A stretch of DNA of 56,551 nt, counting the filler, from Catajapyx aquilonaris (taxonomy: Eukaryota): NCBI GenBank assembly GCA_000934665.2. It is 3 parts of 3 records of this genome, joined end to end, with 100 filler letters (N's around TTAATTAATTAA, not from the genome) between each part and the next. Parts side by side here need not be neighbours in the genome. Positions count along the whole stretch, not along the records: positions 18,858 to 37,620 come from JYFJ02006618.1; 2 more parts are not named here. One strand, given 5' to 3'. The notes beneath the pieces are model-generated. The model searched no databases and was not told the DNA's origin. It saw only the letters and a list, made by a program, of their open reading frames with translations. A program made the position numbers and the translations under genes. Below are positions 23,789-37,620 of the stretch, piece by piece. The first letter of the stretch is position 1; every line of letters starts with the position of its first letter.

Positions 23789-26700
23789 ATGGATAAATTA
23801 AACGTAAGTATAACAGGCGGTCATACCATCGTCCTATACATAACAATGTCCTGTTTCAGAGAGAGCTCGAGCAAATCCAGGCGGGAGAAGAAGAAGAGCC
23901 GGAGTACGAAATTAAGATGCTTCCGCCATGGTACACACAACACACGATCACACCTGTGGCCACCAAGTACATAAGGGATGTGAAGGCCAAGCGAGAGAAG
24001 GAGAAATACCTCAAGTTGTTCGAGGATACTGTTCGAAAGGAAGTGTGGCAAGAGATGGAAAGGGAGGCGCCGGATCTTCGAGATGAATTCACCACAGCCG
24101 ACTACCAGGCCATTAGAAGCAGCAGCGTGCACCTGGATGTGGACTACGACGGGACAGGTAGTCGAAAGCAGAAGACGGCCAGGACCCCAGACGAAGTGGA
24201 CGAATACAGAGAATCCTTCTTCACACAAAAACACGAATCGTCCATCTCCGTCGAGAAGCAAGACACACTCGTCGGAATGCTCGCCGAGTAAACAATCTTT
24301 TCTCCTAATAGGCTTATTCTCTCCGTCGGATGTTTGTCCGATCTAATAGTATCGGCACAAGCTGAGGGTGGCAGGAGTGGGCAGAAGGAGTGTGCGCCAT
24401 CTGTGCTTGAAGAATAGTACTACGTGGTAAATCTGTTAGGTTTTGGCAAATTTTGGCAACTAATTCACTAGTATTAAAGCTCCTTAAAAAAAAGAGTGTT
24501 TCGGAAGGGTGGCCACCGTACGTATGACATGTCATTCTCGACAACTCGAGACCCTGTTGCGAAACGGTCACTGGAAACGAGGCCAGTGGCGATGATGGCA
24601 CACATCCTTTCTTGCCATTCGTTAGAGAGAGAGATGCTGACATGCCAGTATATAATGGACGGTGAAGAGAAAGACTTGTCTGTCAGGAGGACGGGGGGGA
24701 ATAACATAAGGAGAAAAAAAAATGGCATCATTGCTCAGGGGAGCGTCTCGTTGCGCTTTAACGCCCAATTAAAGCTGCATCCAAGGGTAGAATTTTTTTT
24801 TTAAAGATTTTGGCCTGACGCTGCCAGACGATATTTAAAACTGAAAGTACTCGTTATGCACAATAGGACACTGCGTGAATTCAATGTCAAAATGTGTATT
24901 CCGCAATGTTAATTTTTTTTTCATTTTAAAAGACAGGTTGCTCGAAACTTTATTTTTTTTTTACTATACAATTTGTGCAAGTAATGAGGACCATTTTGTT
25001 ATATTTTCCTTGCAGGGGGATGGATTACGATAAGTTGGACAGTGGAAACCCATACAGCAACTACCTGAAGCGGCTGTATCACACCGATAAGCCCAGCAAG
25101 ATGAGAAGGGTCAAGGTTCGGAAGTTCAAGGAAGGCGACACATCAGTCGAGACCAGGCTGGCAAGGAGAGCAGACGACCTCATCAACATGGTGACCTAAC
25201 CATAATTAACTTTTTTTTAAACAAAAAAAAGTTTGGTGACGATATTTTAGAGGGGGGAAAAATTTCACCTTGAGCAAAATCCTGCTTTTATATGACCAAT
25301 GGAGCTCGTCGAAACGAATCCGGGCGAATTTTTAAAAAATTACAAAAATAGGGTTTAATTTAGTCAGCCTTGCATCAAACCGTAAAAGTTAGCCGAGGAT
25401 TTCCAGCATGGTCATGGCTAATTTAAAATGCTACGTGGCCTGGAGGTGCTCAGTAAAAAATTCACGCTCCCTTGAATGCGTCAACACGTGTGAGTTACGC
25501 ATCGAGGAATATGCAGTAATTTTTGTTTAAAAAAATATTATTTTAAAGAGAGATTTCAAGTCAGTCACCAACATGGTCATAGGTCAAGCTGTAGACACTA
25601 ATAAATTTTGTTGTTGTTGACCATAATCGCAGCTGACTGAGCAGTACTGCGCCTGGCTGATCAAGTTCGGCGAAGAAGACTTCGAGTTCAAGATGACCCC
25701 GAGCAACATGCAGGAGCTGTTCAAGCACGCCTTGGAGGCCGACATGTGCCCTCCGATCATCCCGGAGGTCAGGGAGATGACCGTGCTGCCCTTCCCTTCT
25801 GGGTTCGAAGCACCACAGAAAAGGTCAGCAACCTTCTCGAGTTAATAATATGTGACCACACATTTAAAAAAAAAATCTTCTTCTTTCTTCATCCTAATCA
25901 ACTGACTGCTTCGAAAAGTGACGAAATTATAGATTTATATATATATATATATATAATTCTATAATTTCGTCACTTTTTTCCCCGTCTGTTGGACAAGGAC
26001 AGTTGACCACCCTGTGCTTGCAAATAAATATTTTTTGCTGCCCCGCCCATATAGCTGTTTTGGTTATTTCTGAGCATTACCAAGGGGATTAGAAATTTCT
26101 AATCCTGGCATTACTTTGCTTCCGGTATTTTTTAAAAAAAATGTATACCACCCCGTGCTGGTTTACCTGTGCTCAATAACACTTAGCGAACTGTTTCATG
26201 TTTTATTACCAAGTTGTAATTACGGTCTGAAATATCTGGACACCGTTTTGTCTTAACAGTACCAAAAAAAAAGCCAACGTTTTTTTTTGACCGTTTGTAG
26301 ACAACATACTATCAGTACAATATTTTGATTGCAGGGCTGCACTTTCATTCATTAAGCTATGTGCAATATTCCACCCACAACCTGTTTCAGGGAAAATTTT
26401 GGGAGGCTCTTCTCGCTGTGCAAACCAAAAAAAAACAATTCTTCTCTGTATAGCGGTATTTTACATGCCGTAACAGGCGTGTGGTAATGTCACGCGGACC
26501 AAAGAATCTGTCGCACATCTAACATTAGCATGTTGGTACTTGGCGTGATTCAGCCTGTTATGAAACTGTCCCGTTTGTTTGAAGAATTTCTTGCTGTAAC
26601 ATATTATTATGATTTCCGACTATTTAGGAACATTCCGCGACTGTCTACGATGGAGTTCGTGGAGAAGCCGAATCGACTGAGGGCTTACGCGGAGAAACAC

Positions 26701-27078
26701 CCGATCCAAGTGCCCCAGGGCCTCCGACACAAGCTGTACGGAAGGTGGTACCTGCCCATCAAGAAGTGGGAGTCCTCGTACAGGAGGCTGGCCAACATTG
26801 ACCGCGAGATGTTTCGGGAGAGGGAATACCCTGGAGACGTGGAGGGCAGGAGGAAAGCGGAGGAAAATCTGGCAGCGATGGAGACCATCGAGCACTACAA
26901 CAGGTACCTGGAGAGGACAGGAAAGGAGAAGCCAAGGTTCCTGGAAAGGGTTCTGCAGATGAAGAAGGACAAACAGGACGCGGTCAGGAGGAAAATGCTG
27001 GAGGAGATGATGAGGGACCAGTCTGAAAGCAGGATGATGACGCAACAGAGGGAACCTCCGAAGTCACACAGACGATAG
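23789..27078 (+). CDS. FAM47-family-like protein, ~419 aa
   Basis: Exons 23789-23803, 23860-24287, 25016-25190, 25633-25823 and 26628-27078 total 1260 nt in frame. Motifs PPWY near the N-terminus, LTEQYCAWLIKFG...MQELF and KLYGRWYLPIKKW resemble recalled FAM47 motifs (EFCxWVxxLG; YGAWYLPPKLW). Confidence 0.72.
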
Positions 27079-27292
27079 TAGATCCGGATGATTGTGAAAT
27101 TGGACATAATAGCCGATAATTATTGCAAAATTGTAATGGGGAAAAATAAACACTGTCTGTAGTCACTGTCATATATGGTTTGTGATTTCACCTTTTTTTT
27201 CGTATAGTGAAATCTGCCTATGCGTTAGGCTATGTAGATTTTGGTGGTGCAATATAACGGTGAACTTCTAAGAGACAATGTTAATATTACAC

Positions 27293-27646
27293 CAGAAGGG
27301 AGCACATACTACATAATAGGCGCAAGCATTCGATTTCCGCGTCTCTCTGTTTGGGGCGTTGTCAAGGCTGGCGGCCATCTTGAAGTGTGGGGAACGCCAA
27401 CGAGGTATAAATAGGGTACAGGCAAAAATAGGTTGATTTGCTCGTGTTCTTGCCGTGTAGTTGCCATGGCCGCCAAAACCATCAAAGATGGTGGACTCTA
27501 TTTTTTCCTGTACCCTATTTATACCTCGTTGGCGTTGCCCACACTTCAAAATGGCCGCCAGGCTTGGCAACGGACCCAAACAGAGAGACGCGAACATCAA
27601 AGGCGCCGACAGAAGTTTGCGGCTCTTATTTAGTATATGCTCCCTG
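27293..27646. mobile_element. Foldback MITE copy 1 with 7-bp TSD (P/Galileo-like)
   Basis: Long imperfect inverted arms, termini CAG(AA)GGGAGCA...TGCTCCCTG; TSD ATTACAC at 27286-27292 and 27647-27653. Confidence 0.88.
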
Positions 27647-30054
27647 ATTACACGATGCACGACTATTCGTTTCTAATCAAATTGTGGAGATTCGAGATCA
27701 GTTTACCAAATGCCGGCGTGTTCAAATGTATACAGGGTAATTGTTTAAAAGTGTGTACCATTTATGTACAAGATGTGTCTCCGTCAGTGGACCATCAAAA
27801 AGTGCTTCCGGATGGTGCTTTTTTTTAAAAAAAAAATGTACCGTATCGTCCAAAAGAACGGAACATCGTCTAGTTCAAAGCTCGGTTTTTTTGAGCAGCT
27901 GGGTTTTCCGATGAGTGAGAAAAGTGAAAGTTATTACTCCACGAAGTGCAATTCGGCGGAACCAACCGCTTTGGAAGTGGTTGCAACGTGATGGATCTCT
28001 TAGGCAACCTTCTCGTTACGTACAATTTTTTTTGGAAGAAAATTGCGACCAATTTTTTCCCCCCACAAACTTCTAGCCCGCAGTGACCACATGGCACAAA
28101 CAAAAAGACAGTTGTTGAAATATATACACTTCTACCGACACAAAAATAATGCCCACATAGGATTTTATTGTTGGAAATAAAAACAATTTTCAGTGACCTT
28201 CGCTCTGCACTGGTAAGTTACAGAGGGTGTGGTCAGTGCAACCCGGTGAAAACAAAGGTACGTAATTGCAATGTATCACTACAAAATTAGATACCACAAA
28301 GTGACAGAAAAACAAGAGCTCCGAAGGATCATACACAATTTATACAGAACTCGGAAGAACAACTGTGCTGACGTCATATTTGTATCACCAATTTCACTAG
28401 TCACTCGCACGAATGACAACAATCACCTTCATACGCTGAAAGTATAATTGCGACGTCTTAAAAATTAATTGACATTAATGTCAACATACTGAGAGTGATT
28501 CAATAAATTCCGTTACATGTGACTCACTTTGCACAATGAGTAACTATCAATAACAATGTCGAGATTCTCTGCAAGTTCATGCTCATTATCTCACTCAATA
28601 TGAAGTGCCTTCTTGACATGCTCATGAACACATTACAGTACCGTAAGATTTATTTTTTTAAAGGTTGGCATCTCACAACGATCACTTCCATATTCGTCAG
28701 GTATTTGAGTCATTGTTGCAAATATGTCAACAATGCATGGTCACCTGCTGGACGTGATTGACCGCCTCTTCCCTGACACTAATTGACATCCAAATGGACA
28801 GTCATCTTCGCACTAATAAATTCCGCGTATGCCCACGTCCTTCAAGGAAAGGAAAAACTTCTCTCAATAAAAATGGAGGCCATCCTTCTGCCCAATCCCC
28901 TTTTCCCTTTTTTTTTTGATGTCATTCGAAGGGGACATACTGTGTCCGACCCATCTTTTCTTTTTTTTTTTAAATGACAAACGCTCCTTCAAACGAAAAA
29001 CCAGAGCAGCGAAGAAAACGACAAGAAGACGCGCACAGTGAAAGTTTCTTTCAAAAAGAGCCGCGCCGCACCTCGGCCATAATAATAACAACAATATAAT
29101 AAGTCATGTGACCCTGCTGCTGCTGCTGCTTGTGGCACGCGCCGTTTCATTTTCCGGGCATTTGCGGTTCCTACAAGACAAGGAGCGGGTCAGTGTCACA
29201 ACTGGTCTGTTATATATACACCGTGGGAAAAACTTCTGGTCGTGTGCACAGTCGACAACAAACAAACAACAATCCGTGTCATCGTTGCGACAGTGGCTCT
29301 TTTTTTATTATTTTAAAGAAGAAGAAGAAGAAAAAACTTCAGAAAGTGCACAGGTTTTGTGTTTAGTGGCCAGTCATGAACGGAACTTGTTGGTTGTAGT
29401 ACATCACAAACAGCTCTGTGTGCAGTGAAAGTGAACAAGGTGAGTACCGGTAGATATGTCTTCATATTAATATTCAATTGGACGCCAATCGCCATACAAA
29501 ACATACAGATGAAAAAATCTGGTGTACATCAGATATCTAGAGGATCACTTTTACAACTGTAAATACACCCGTGGAGACATAAACTACCGGTATTGTCTTA
29601 GTACAATAAACACCTTCCTTTCTAATCTTAGTTCCCTTCTTTCTTTTCTTTTTTTAAAAAAGTTCCCATATAAGCCGAGTGTAAGTTAGAAAATAAAACC
29701 CCCCCATTTTTTTTGTCCACATTTTAGTCGGTCACGGTGAAGTACAGAGAGTAGTTAGTGCGCTCCTAACCTCATACACACAAGAGCCCAAGAAGGCGCG
29801 GCTTCCATTCAGGAAAAGTGGCGAGACGAAAGAAGGATGATCCTCAACTAGAGCGGGAAGGATCTAGAAAATGTCGGAAAATTAGAGAGAGAGAAAAATT
29901 TTGGTGGAGAAATGTAGGACACTTGTCATTTTTCCTGTCGTTGCTGTCTGGACAATAAGGATTTTTTTTATAAAAAAAAAGTCATTGCATGACCTGACAT
30001 GAGTTATTGTAATGATATGTTATCAGATGTCAGGAAAATGCGATATATCCTAAC

Positions 30055-30390
30055 CAGGGAACATACAGTACATAAGAGGCGCAAACTTCTGTCGGCGCCT
30101 TTGATGTTCGCGTCTCTCTGTTTGGGGCCGTTGCCAAGGCTGGCGGCCATCTTGAAGTGTGGGGAACGCCAACGAGGTATAAATAGGGTACAGGCAATTT
30201 GGCGGCTATGGCAACTACACGGCAAGAACACGCGCGAATCAAAGATTGGGGGCCCTATTTTTGCCTGTACCCTATTTATACCTCGTTGGCGTTCCCCACA
30301 CTTCAAGATGGCCGCCAGACTTGGCAACGCCCCAAACAGAGAGACGCGGAAATCGAATATTTGCGCCTCTTATGTAGTATATGCTCCCTG
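30055..30390. mobile_element. Foldback MITE copy 2 of the same family, opposite orientation, 7-bp TSD
   Basis: CAGGGA...TCCCTG termini; TSD TCCTAAC at 30048-30054 and 30391-30397. Shares long near-identical blocks with copy 1, and the arm-specific segments are swapped left/right. Confidence 0.9.
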
Positions 30391-32519
30391 TCCTAACTAC
30401 AATTTTGCATAATAAATGTAAATAATTGCTTGTTCATTTAGCCAACCTGAAATTGTGCAACATGTTGTACATCGTGTACAGTTACACTACAGCATGGCGT
30501 GAAATTATTCGTAGTCTCTGGGTCTTGTTCCGCGATTTTTTTTTTCTTTTCTCTCTATCTTTTCCATTAGCTCGTCAGGCCAAGCCAGATGCGAGGGAAT
30601 GCGAGTCCAACTTTCTTTCAAATTAGGAATGTATGCAAGGTTCCGTGACTCCAAAAATATGACGCTTTGCGCTGATCACCACTGGAACATGCCCTGCTGG
30701 ACTCTTTTAACTTTCCCTTCAAAAAAAGGCAAGGCAGCAAAAATTGGGGGAGGCCGCCCTTCCTTCCAGTGCTTATTAATTAACCCACTTCTTCCGCTAA
30801 GACAGAAGTCTACACACATGCACACTCTTCCTTTAAAAAAAAAGTACATGAAGTACAAGAATTTAATTGCAAGTACTCGCATACATAGTATTACAACATT
30901 CAATTTTACTACCGCTCTGATTCCAAAAAAATTACCTTGCGTAACGTATGAAAAACATTTCCTTGAGAGCAGGTGCTTTCAACCATGTCGCACATGAAAA
31001 CAGCATAATTTATTGGCACGTTGCTCACTCTGCCGTTTATCACTAACGTTATGGTAAGTACTAAAAATACGAGTTGCAGTAAAGTGTTAATTATTACGTG
31101 CGCTAAGTGCATGATTTATGGTCCCTTAACTTTACTGTCCCACTATTAATATATTTCCGCATGCTATTTTTTTGATGTGAGACAATCCACTCTTGTCCGT
31201 GCCTATCTTATTAGCTGCTACAATAATTTGGTGCTTTACTAATTAAGATAAAGCAATCTGAACTGTTTCACATTTTAGTGGTTATACAATGCACAGTTAT
31301 GCGGCATGTGATTTATGGTAATTTTGACATGCACCAAAGTATATCAGTGTATATGCTTTATGCATGTATGCAGGGTAACAGTACTTCATATCTAGGGTGA
31401 GGTTAAGTATGATTAGTGGTTATCCTGGTAGGCTATCTGCACCAGTCAGCATGACTCTTACAGACATACAAAACTAGGTACAACAGATACATTCCATCAA
31501 GTGATCGGCAATGTCAGCCTTACTCGTGGTGAAGTTACCAGATAGACAATGGTAGTCACAGCCACTGATTGTGCAATTGACAACTCTACAAAATAAGTTT
31601 TAATTGACTGTACAGTACCATGGTCAAAAATATTCAAAGGCATTTCCAACACCTGTGGTGATTTTTCAAAAATTGCAAACTCCCAAATCAGTATCAACTG
31701 GACTAGCTCGAGTTTCACTTTTACGTCAAACATTGTTATGAACAAACTTCATTTGAAAATCACAGTAATTCACAGCCAAATTATCTTTGAAGGGCCATTT
31801 CCAAGAATCTCTTTCTTTTGATTTGTTACTATCTAATATTGTGCATTTTTTAAAAAATATTGCAAATATTTTCATGCTCCACCCTGCATTTGTCTCTGAT
31901 GGTAAGTGGGCCTCAGACCAGAAGAAAGTATTGTACAGTACAGTGGAACTGCTGTAACTCAAATCTCCAAGGGACCATAAAAAAAAACAACGTGAAGTTA
32001 TGAATGAGAAAATGTCACAGTACAAAACCATACAGGAGCCCTTTGCCTTTATTTCCACGCTATTCAATATGGACACACAAACCTGCAGCCCCAATAACGT
32101 CCTGTCATCTGGGAGAAAAAAAAAAAGTTCAACTTGTGCAGACTTTTAAAAAATGAACACATTCCATACATACATGCATGGAAACAATTGCCAAAATTTC
32201 GAGTTTTGGATACCTTAGATATACCAGTACAGAAATATGGCTTGGGGAATATTTCCATTACTTTATATCGCGGCCAACCTATATCATACTGTAATTTTCT
32301 TATGGTGTTGAGCCGCTCATGGCACATCAGTGGGCCTTGGACTCTACCTTGAAAATAACTGCATGCGTGAATGCCAGTAAACATGCTGCCACCCTTTTTC
32401 AGTTAACAGAGGTTGACCATGCTCGTGGCCTTGCATTTCAGATCTGCAGTAATGCCATTGAACACCCCACCTACATAGACTACAACCCTCGTCACCAGGT
32501 CTTTGAAGATGTGCGGAAT

Positions 32520-35500
32520 ATGGTGGTGCAGCTAACGCTGCCTAGGCCCAATGAGGACGTAGTGCCAGGATCAGCAGCGTGTGGGACAGTCGATTCCCTG
32601 GAGGAGGAGCTGACCTCCCCTGGAGTGGTGGCCTGGGGGCGTCGCTCCTCCTCCACCTCCTCAGGCATCTCTCCGCAAGACCCCAAAGGTCAGTACTGAC
32701 CCTGGTAGTGCTCAGCGGTTTTTACATAGACTTGTATTGTTCCATCCAGGTTCCGCTGACCAGCTGATACGAAGGGCCCATGGAGAGAAGCACAGAGTGC
32801 CATTTGGTTCTGAGCAACTGTCTCAGAGCTGTCCTTCCACGTCTGAGGAGGAGAAGAAGAAAGTCTTCAGGTGCGCTTAATACCCAACCACTCATAATGC
32901 TTTTATGCTACAACTTCACCCCTTTTGGCAGGAATTACCTCACGCTGATCCTCAGTTGCATGTATGCCATCTTCATCCTCATGCTAGGTATAGTCATCTA
33001 CATCGCCGATCTCTTCTGCATAAAAGCAAACATTGCTGAGGTAAGTGTGGGTGTAATTATCCCCGTGTACACCTGCTGCGTGATTAAGCACCTTCTTCTG
33101 ATTACTCATGGCAGGTGTTCAGCATGTTCCTCGTGGTTCCTGGCCTGTGCTGGCTCATATTTTTCTATGTAGACATCCGATTCTACCAGGGATCAGTCAG
33201 GAGTCACTGTCGCCACATTGCTAGAATGAATGATGGTAAGTTCTGTTGGATTGAAAGTGGAAACGTGTTAAAAAACATTTCATAATTTACAGACCTGTTG
33301 TTCAACTCTCTTACAAAAGACCTTCCTCCTCTGCCGCCACCAAAGGTGCAGTATGCTTTCAGCAGGGGCCACAACTCGGCCAGTTTTTACCTTAAGATTG
33401 GAGCAGCAGGTACGTACGAGTATTTCAATGCCATCTGTATCATCCCATCAGATAACACTGCGAATGTCTGTATGGCTATTCATGCTCCCAAATAATTATA
33501 CAATAGGATAATTTTTATCGCTTCATCATGTTTTCATTGCTATAATTTAAAACAATTTTTTAAATGACCTTATCATGATACTTTTTGTGGGGATGGCCCT
33601 AACCTCACTATGGGCCGTGATCAAACTGCTAAAGACGATTAATGTTTTGATCGGTTTTGGTCAACATATTATTCATAATTTCAGGTTTCTGCTTTGGGCA
33701 CCTGATTCACACAGGCCTTATTCTGAGTCGCCAAATCATCTACTTCACATCTGCAGACCCACTTGTTTACCAGGAATGTGCCAATGTCATTGTCCTCATC
33801 CTAGACATCCTCTACCCACTCTATTCCTTCTTCCAACTCTTCATCATATTCAAGTATTCCAATGTGAGTTATCCGTATTCCACAAAAAAAATTAAGAAAG
33901 CGATAAGGAAAATAACATCTGCACTGTTCCGCAATGCAGGTGATCATAAACCGCTACAAGGTTCTAAGCAGCTTCTCCCTGATGCACTGCATTGCTTCGA
34001 GCCTGTGCTTCTGGTTCTCCACCATCCTCCGAGAGACCATCGACTCCCTTCAGGAGATGATGAGGGAACACCAGCACTACAAGGGGCATCACGATTCACT
34101 TGCATCGGAATCAGCACATATGTCTGCTCTCATGGTATCTAATGAAAGTAAGTGCATCATGAGAGTTTGGTGTGCCCTTTAAAATCTATTGTCATAATAT
34201 AATCCTAATTTAATTTTCATAAATTTCCAGGCGTAATATGTGTATTCAATGGGAGTGCACTGAAATTCGACGTATGTGTTGGGAAGTTGCCAATCTCATC
34301 CCTTGTGTTTGGGCTCACTCCGTACCTGTATCCATTCAGCATTGAGTACAGCATTCTTATAGGTAGATATCAATCCAAAAAAATACCATATAATTATAAT
34401 GTGGCATTAATTGCGTGACTGCTTCCATTTAAAAAAATACTGTCATATCAGTATAATGAGTTGCGGTGGCCATCTCATAATCATAAGTGGGCATAATGAG
34501 CATTAATTGGTTTCAGTGGGAATCCTGTTCATAATATGGCAGAACATTGGAAACCACCACGAGCTGAAGCAGCAGAGGCAGCTTCTCCAGAAGAGAATTT
34601 CTAGCGCAGGGTCTTGTCCTCAGAACCACTCCCTGACCAACCACCTGGTCTTACATGCCGATTGCCAGTCAGCAAACAAGGGGCTCTTTGCAGGGCTCTT
34701 TGTACTAGTGGGAACTGTCATTAGCATCATCATATTCTACATGTCCACTCATGATCACTTTGATGACAACACCACTCTTCTGATCAACCAGAGCTCTCAG
34801 GTAATCACCTAATATGCATGCAAGTACTATATTTTATTCATGCAAAAAAGTGCCTCCTTCATGAACCTATGTAATGAATCAATGAATTCGGACGGAGGCT
34901 CCCAAAGCTAACAAGAAGTTAACATGACTCATCCCATTGGCAGGTGGTACTTTTGGTCCTGATGAGCGGCGCAGTGTTGATTGCGTATAGGCAGATCAGC
35001 AGGTTGGATGTGAAGAGGCAACCAATTTCCTGCCTCGACGATCTCCTCCTTTTTATATGCCTCCCATCCTTCTTCCTCTATGCCATCTTGACCATACTGC
35101 CCACTATTGTTGGTGGCAACTACTACTGTCTTGCAGTCTCCCTGCTCCAGGTGAGTTTCTAAAGTAAACAGGGCTGAGTTATCTAAAAAGAGAAAATCAC
35201 ATTGGACTAGTGAAGCAAATTCACACTTTAACCTTCATTTTACAGGTGTTCCAAGTAGTGCTCCAAACACCATTCATAATTGATGGTCTCCGTCGCTGCA
35301 GCAATAATGCGTCTTTGAAGAAGAGCAAACCAGGGCGTGAGCTGGTCACATTCCTGGTGGTGTGTAACATAGCCATGTGGATCATTGAGACATTTGAGAT
35401 CAAGTCGGCCCAGGTGCACGCACATCACATACTCTTCTACGGAAACGTGCCCTGGACCCTACTGTGTCACATCACCCTCCCACTCACCCTCTTCTATCGG

Positions 35501-35560
35501 TTTCATTCCTCTGCATGTTTGGTGGACATTTGGAAGGGTGCCTACGAGACTGGGGAGTGA
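32520..35560 (+). CDS. Otop: Otopetrin-family proton channel, ~653 aa
   Basis: Exons 32520-32688, 32750-32870, 32932-33040, 33115-33235, 33293-33409, 33685-33863, 33940-34147, 34231-34362, 34517-34800, 34944-35150 and 35246-35560 total 1962 nt in frame. Motifs SFYLKIGAAGF, FFQLFIIFKYS, PYLYPFSIEYS, DCQSANKGLFAG, LDDLLL, KPGRELVTFLVVCNIAMW and PLTLFYRFHSSACL. The start is uncertain (frame open from the acceptor at 32403). AATAAA at ~35607. Paralog not assigned. Confidence 0.93.
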
Positions 35561-36156
35561 CATAAGTGTGCATATGCTTTTCCGGCTTTTGTAACTTTAC
35601 TCATTAAATAAATACATTTTTACAGTCATCACAACAATTAACAAATTAATTCAGTACCTGACTGCAGCTAATACAAACCAATTCATATGTATGTTTCAAT
35701 GTGCTCGTATTATCATGAAGACAATGTGGTTACAACAGTTGAATTTTAATGCCTATGGGCCATGGCAAACACTTAGAAATGTAAGTAAAAGGCACACTTG
35801 GTAGTAAAACTAATAAGAGGGAATGGTAACTCCGTGGGTAACTCTCCATTTCTGGCAACAAGTTAAATAAGGATTTTGAAGGAACAATTCCTGACGATGT
35901 GTGATGTCAATGCTTATGAAATTCACACACACCACTGACAGAAGTAGAAAAACAGGAACAAAATCTCGAGTGCACCTAGCTGCTACCAAATCCATAAAAT
36001 ATGACAATTAAATCTGGTAACTGTTACCAATTAATGGAAAACTACAATAGTACCAACTGGGAACAAGCCAAAATACAAGTGCAAATTAACCACATCCAAA
36101 TCAAGAACGAAAAAAAAAGAAGACATGATGTGGATGCAATCCTCACTGGTTGTGAC

Positions 36157-37457
36157 TTATCGCATCTTCTTCCTGTGGGGTCCTGCATCTTCCTCCTTTC
36201 CATGCCTTGCCATCCGCTTTGTTGGTGAGGATTCTTGTGACTACAAAATAAGTGCAGTAACACTCATTTGTATCATCACATAATTACACATTAGGGCCAA
36301 CAGCACTGAACTCACAATATATTATATAAAATCATGGGTTTTCCTTTCCTATTAGTGCTACTTATTTTTGTCAACAATAACAATCAAAAATCTTCGGTTT
36401 TTGGTAAACAAAATTCCATGCTCCTTGCCCTTAGTATTGGGTGTAAAAGCACATGTGAAAAAAAAATTATAGGAGGAAGAAACTAATATTAAATAAATAT
36501 TCCACTTTAACAATCTATAAAATATTTACTATGGTATAGTGAGAAAACATGAAAATTCCATGTTCATGCTAAAAAATGCTGGTTTAGTTAAATAGTTTAG
36601 AATAAATTTCATTTAGCTTACTCTATACTTGTTTATCATACCTCTGGTTCTTCCTAGTCAATGGCTGAGTCACCATTCACTATGTGACTGAGTAAACTTG
36701 TTAGGCCTATTGACTTTCTGAGAGCCAGACGATTCTATAAAATTGATTTCTGTGACACCTTGTATATGATTTTTTTTTCCCCTGGCATTTTACATTCAAA
36801 AGGACCACCACGAATTAAAATGATTACTTTTGGCCCGAAGTTGTTATTCATTAATATCACTCCTGCTTCGAATTTCGGGCAAAAATAAGACAGAAACGGC
36901 CCCAAAACCTGCCAATACCTTAGCCGTCAAAGGGTTAAATGAGCATGATGTGTAACGTAAGGCTATTTATTTCAACGCAGGTTTCAAATCTGAAGAAGAA
37001 AAAAAATTATGGTGCAAATATCAGCTACAAAAATGGTAGGTATGAAGTCATAAAGGGTGGAGATATAATTATAAACTTGCGAGCTTGTTCGCAAGTGCAA
37101 GTCACCGTAAGTCTTAAACTGGGGACTTCCTGTATACATGTTTCACTAAGCGCTCTATATGAACACAATTACTCAACCATTCACACCTTCAGACATATTC
37201 CGACAGCAAATTGCACTACACTAGCAAGCCAGCCAGCCACTAAAAATTCAGGCAATGCAATGACAACTAACCCAATCTTTTCTCACCTGTGCAGAACTGG
37301 CCTCGTTTTCCTCACTGTCCTTCATTACTGCATCCTGTAACTGCACCTCTTTCTTCTGAGTGGATATCTTCTCGTTCAAAGTCCTGCATTCTTCCTCACA
37401 CTCGGTCATCCTCCCCAAGAACTTCTCTTGCTGGTCCAGAATTGTCTGTCTGAGGAA
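36157..37457 (-). CDS. 3' exons of an unidentified coiled-coil protein gene (5' part lost in gap)
   Basis: Exon 37457-37287 (ctgcag|FLRQTILDQQEKFLGRMTECEEECRTLNEKISTQKKEVQLQDAVMKDSEENEASSAQ|gtgaga) and terminal exon 36240-36157 (ttgtag|SQESSPTKRMARHGKEEDAGPHRKKMR*). Both are phase 0 with strong splice sites. Confidence 0.7.
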
Positions 37458-37620
37458 CTGCAGGGAGGAAAAGGATTGGTGAGCAAATGAAAATCAATAG
37501 CACATTTCCAAATGAAGCTTCTATAGTGGGGGCTCTTAGGGTCAAAATTCGACCCGATGGGGACAGGTTGGACAAAAGCACCAAATTTTTTCCATGGAAT
37601 CTGTATTGCTTACGCTTCAG

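Noticed and set aside
27268..30412. Near-identical ORFs (ACTLFIPRWRSPHFKMAA...) suggesting a gene family
   Set aside because: They arise on both strands from the palindromic MITE copies.
32690..32770. TGA codons near the otopetrin N-terminus suggesting readthrough or selenocysteine
   Set aside because: The intron 32689-32749 removes the first TGA and the others are out of frame; the spliced frame is open.
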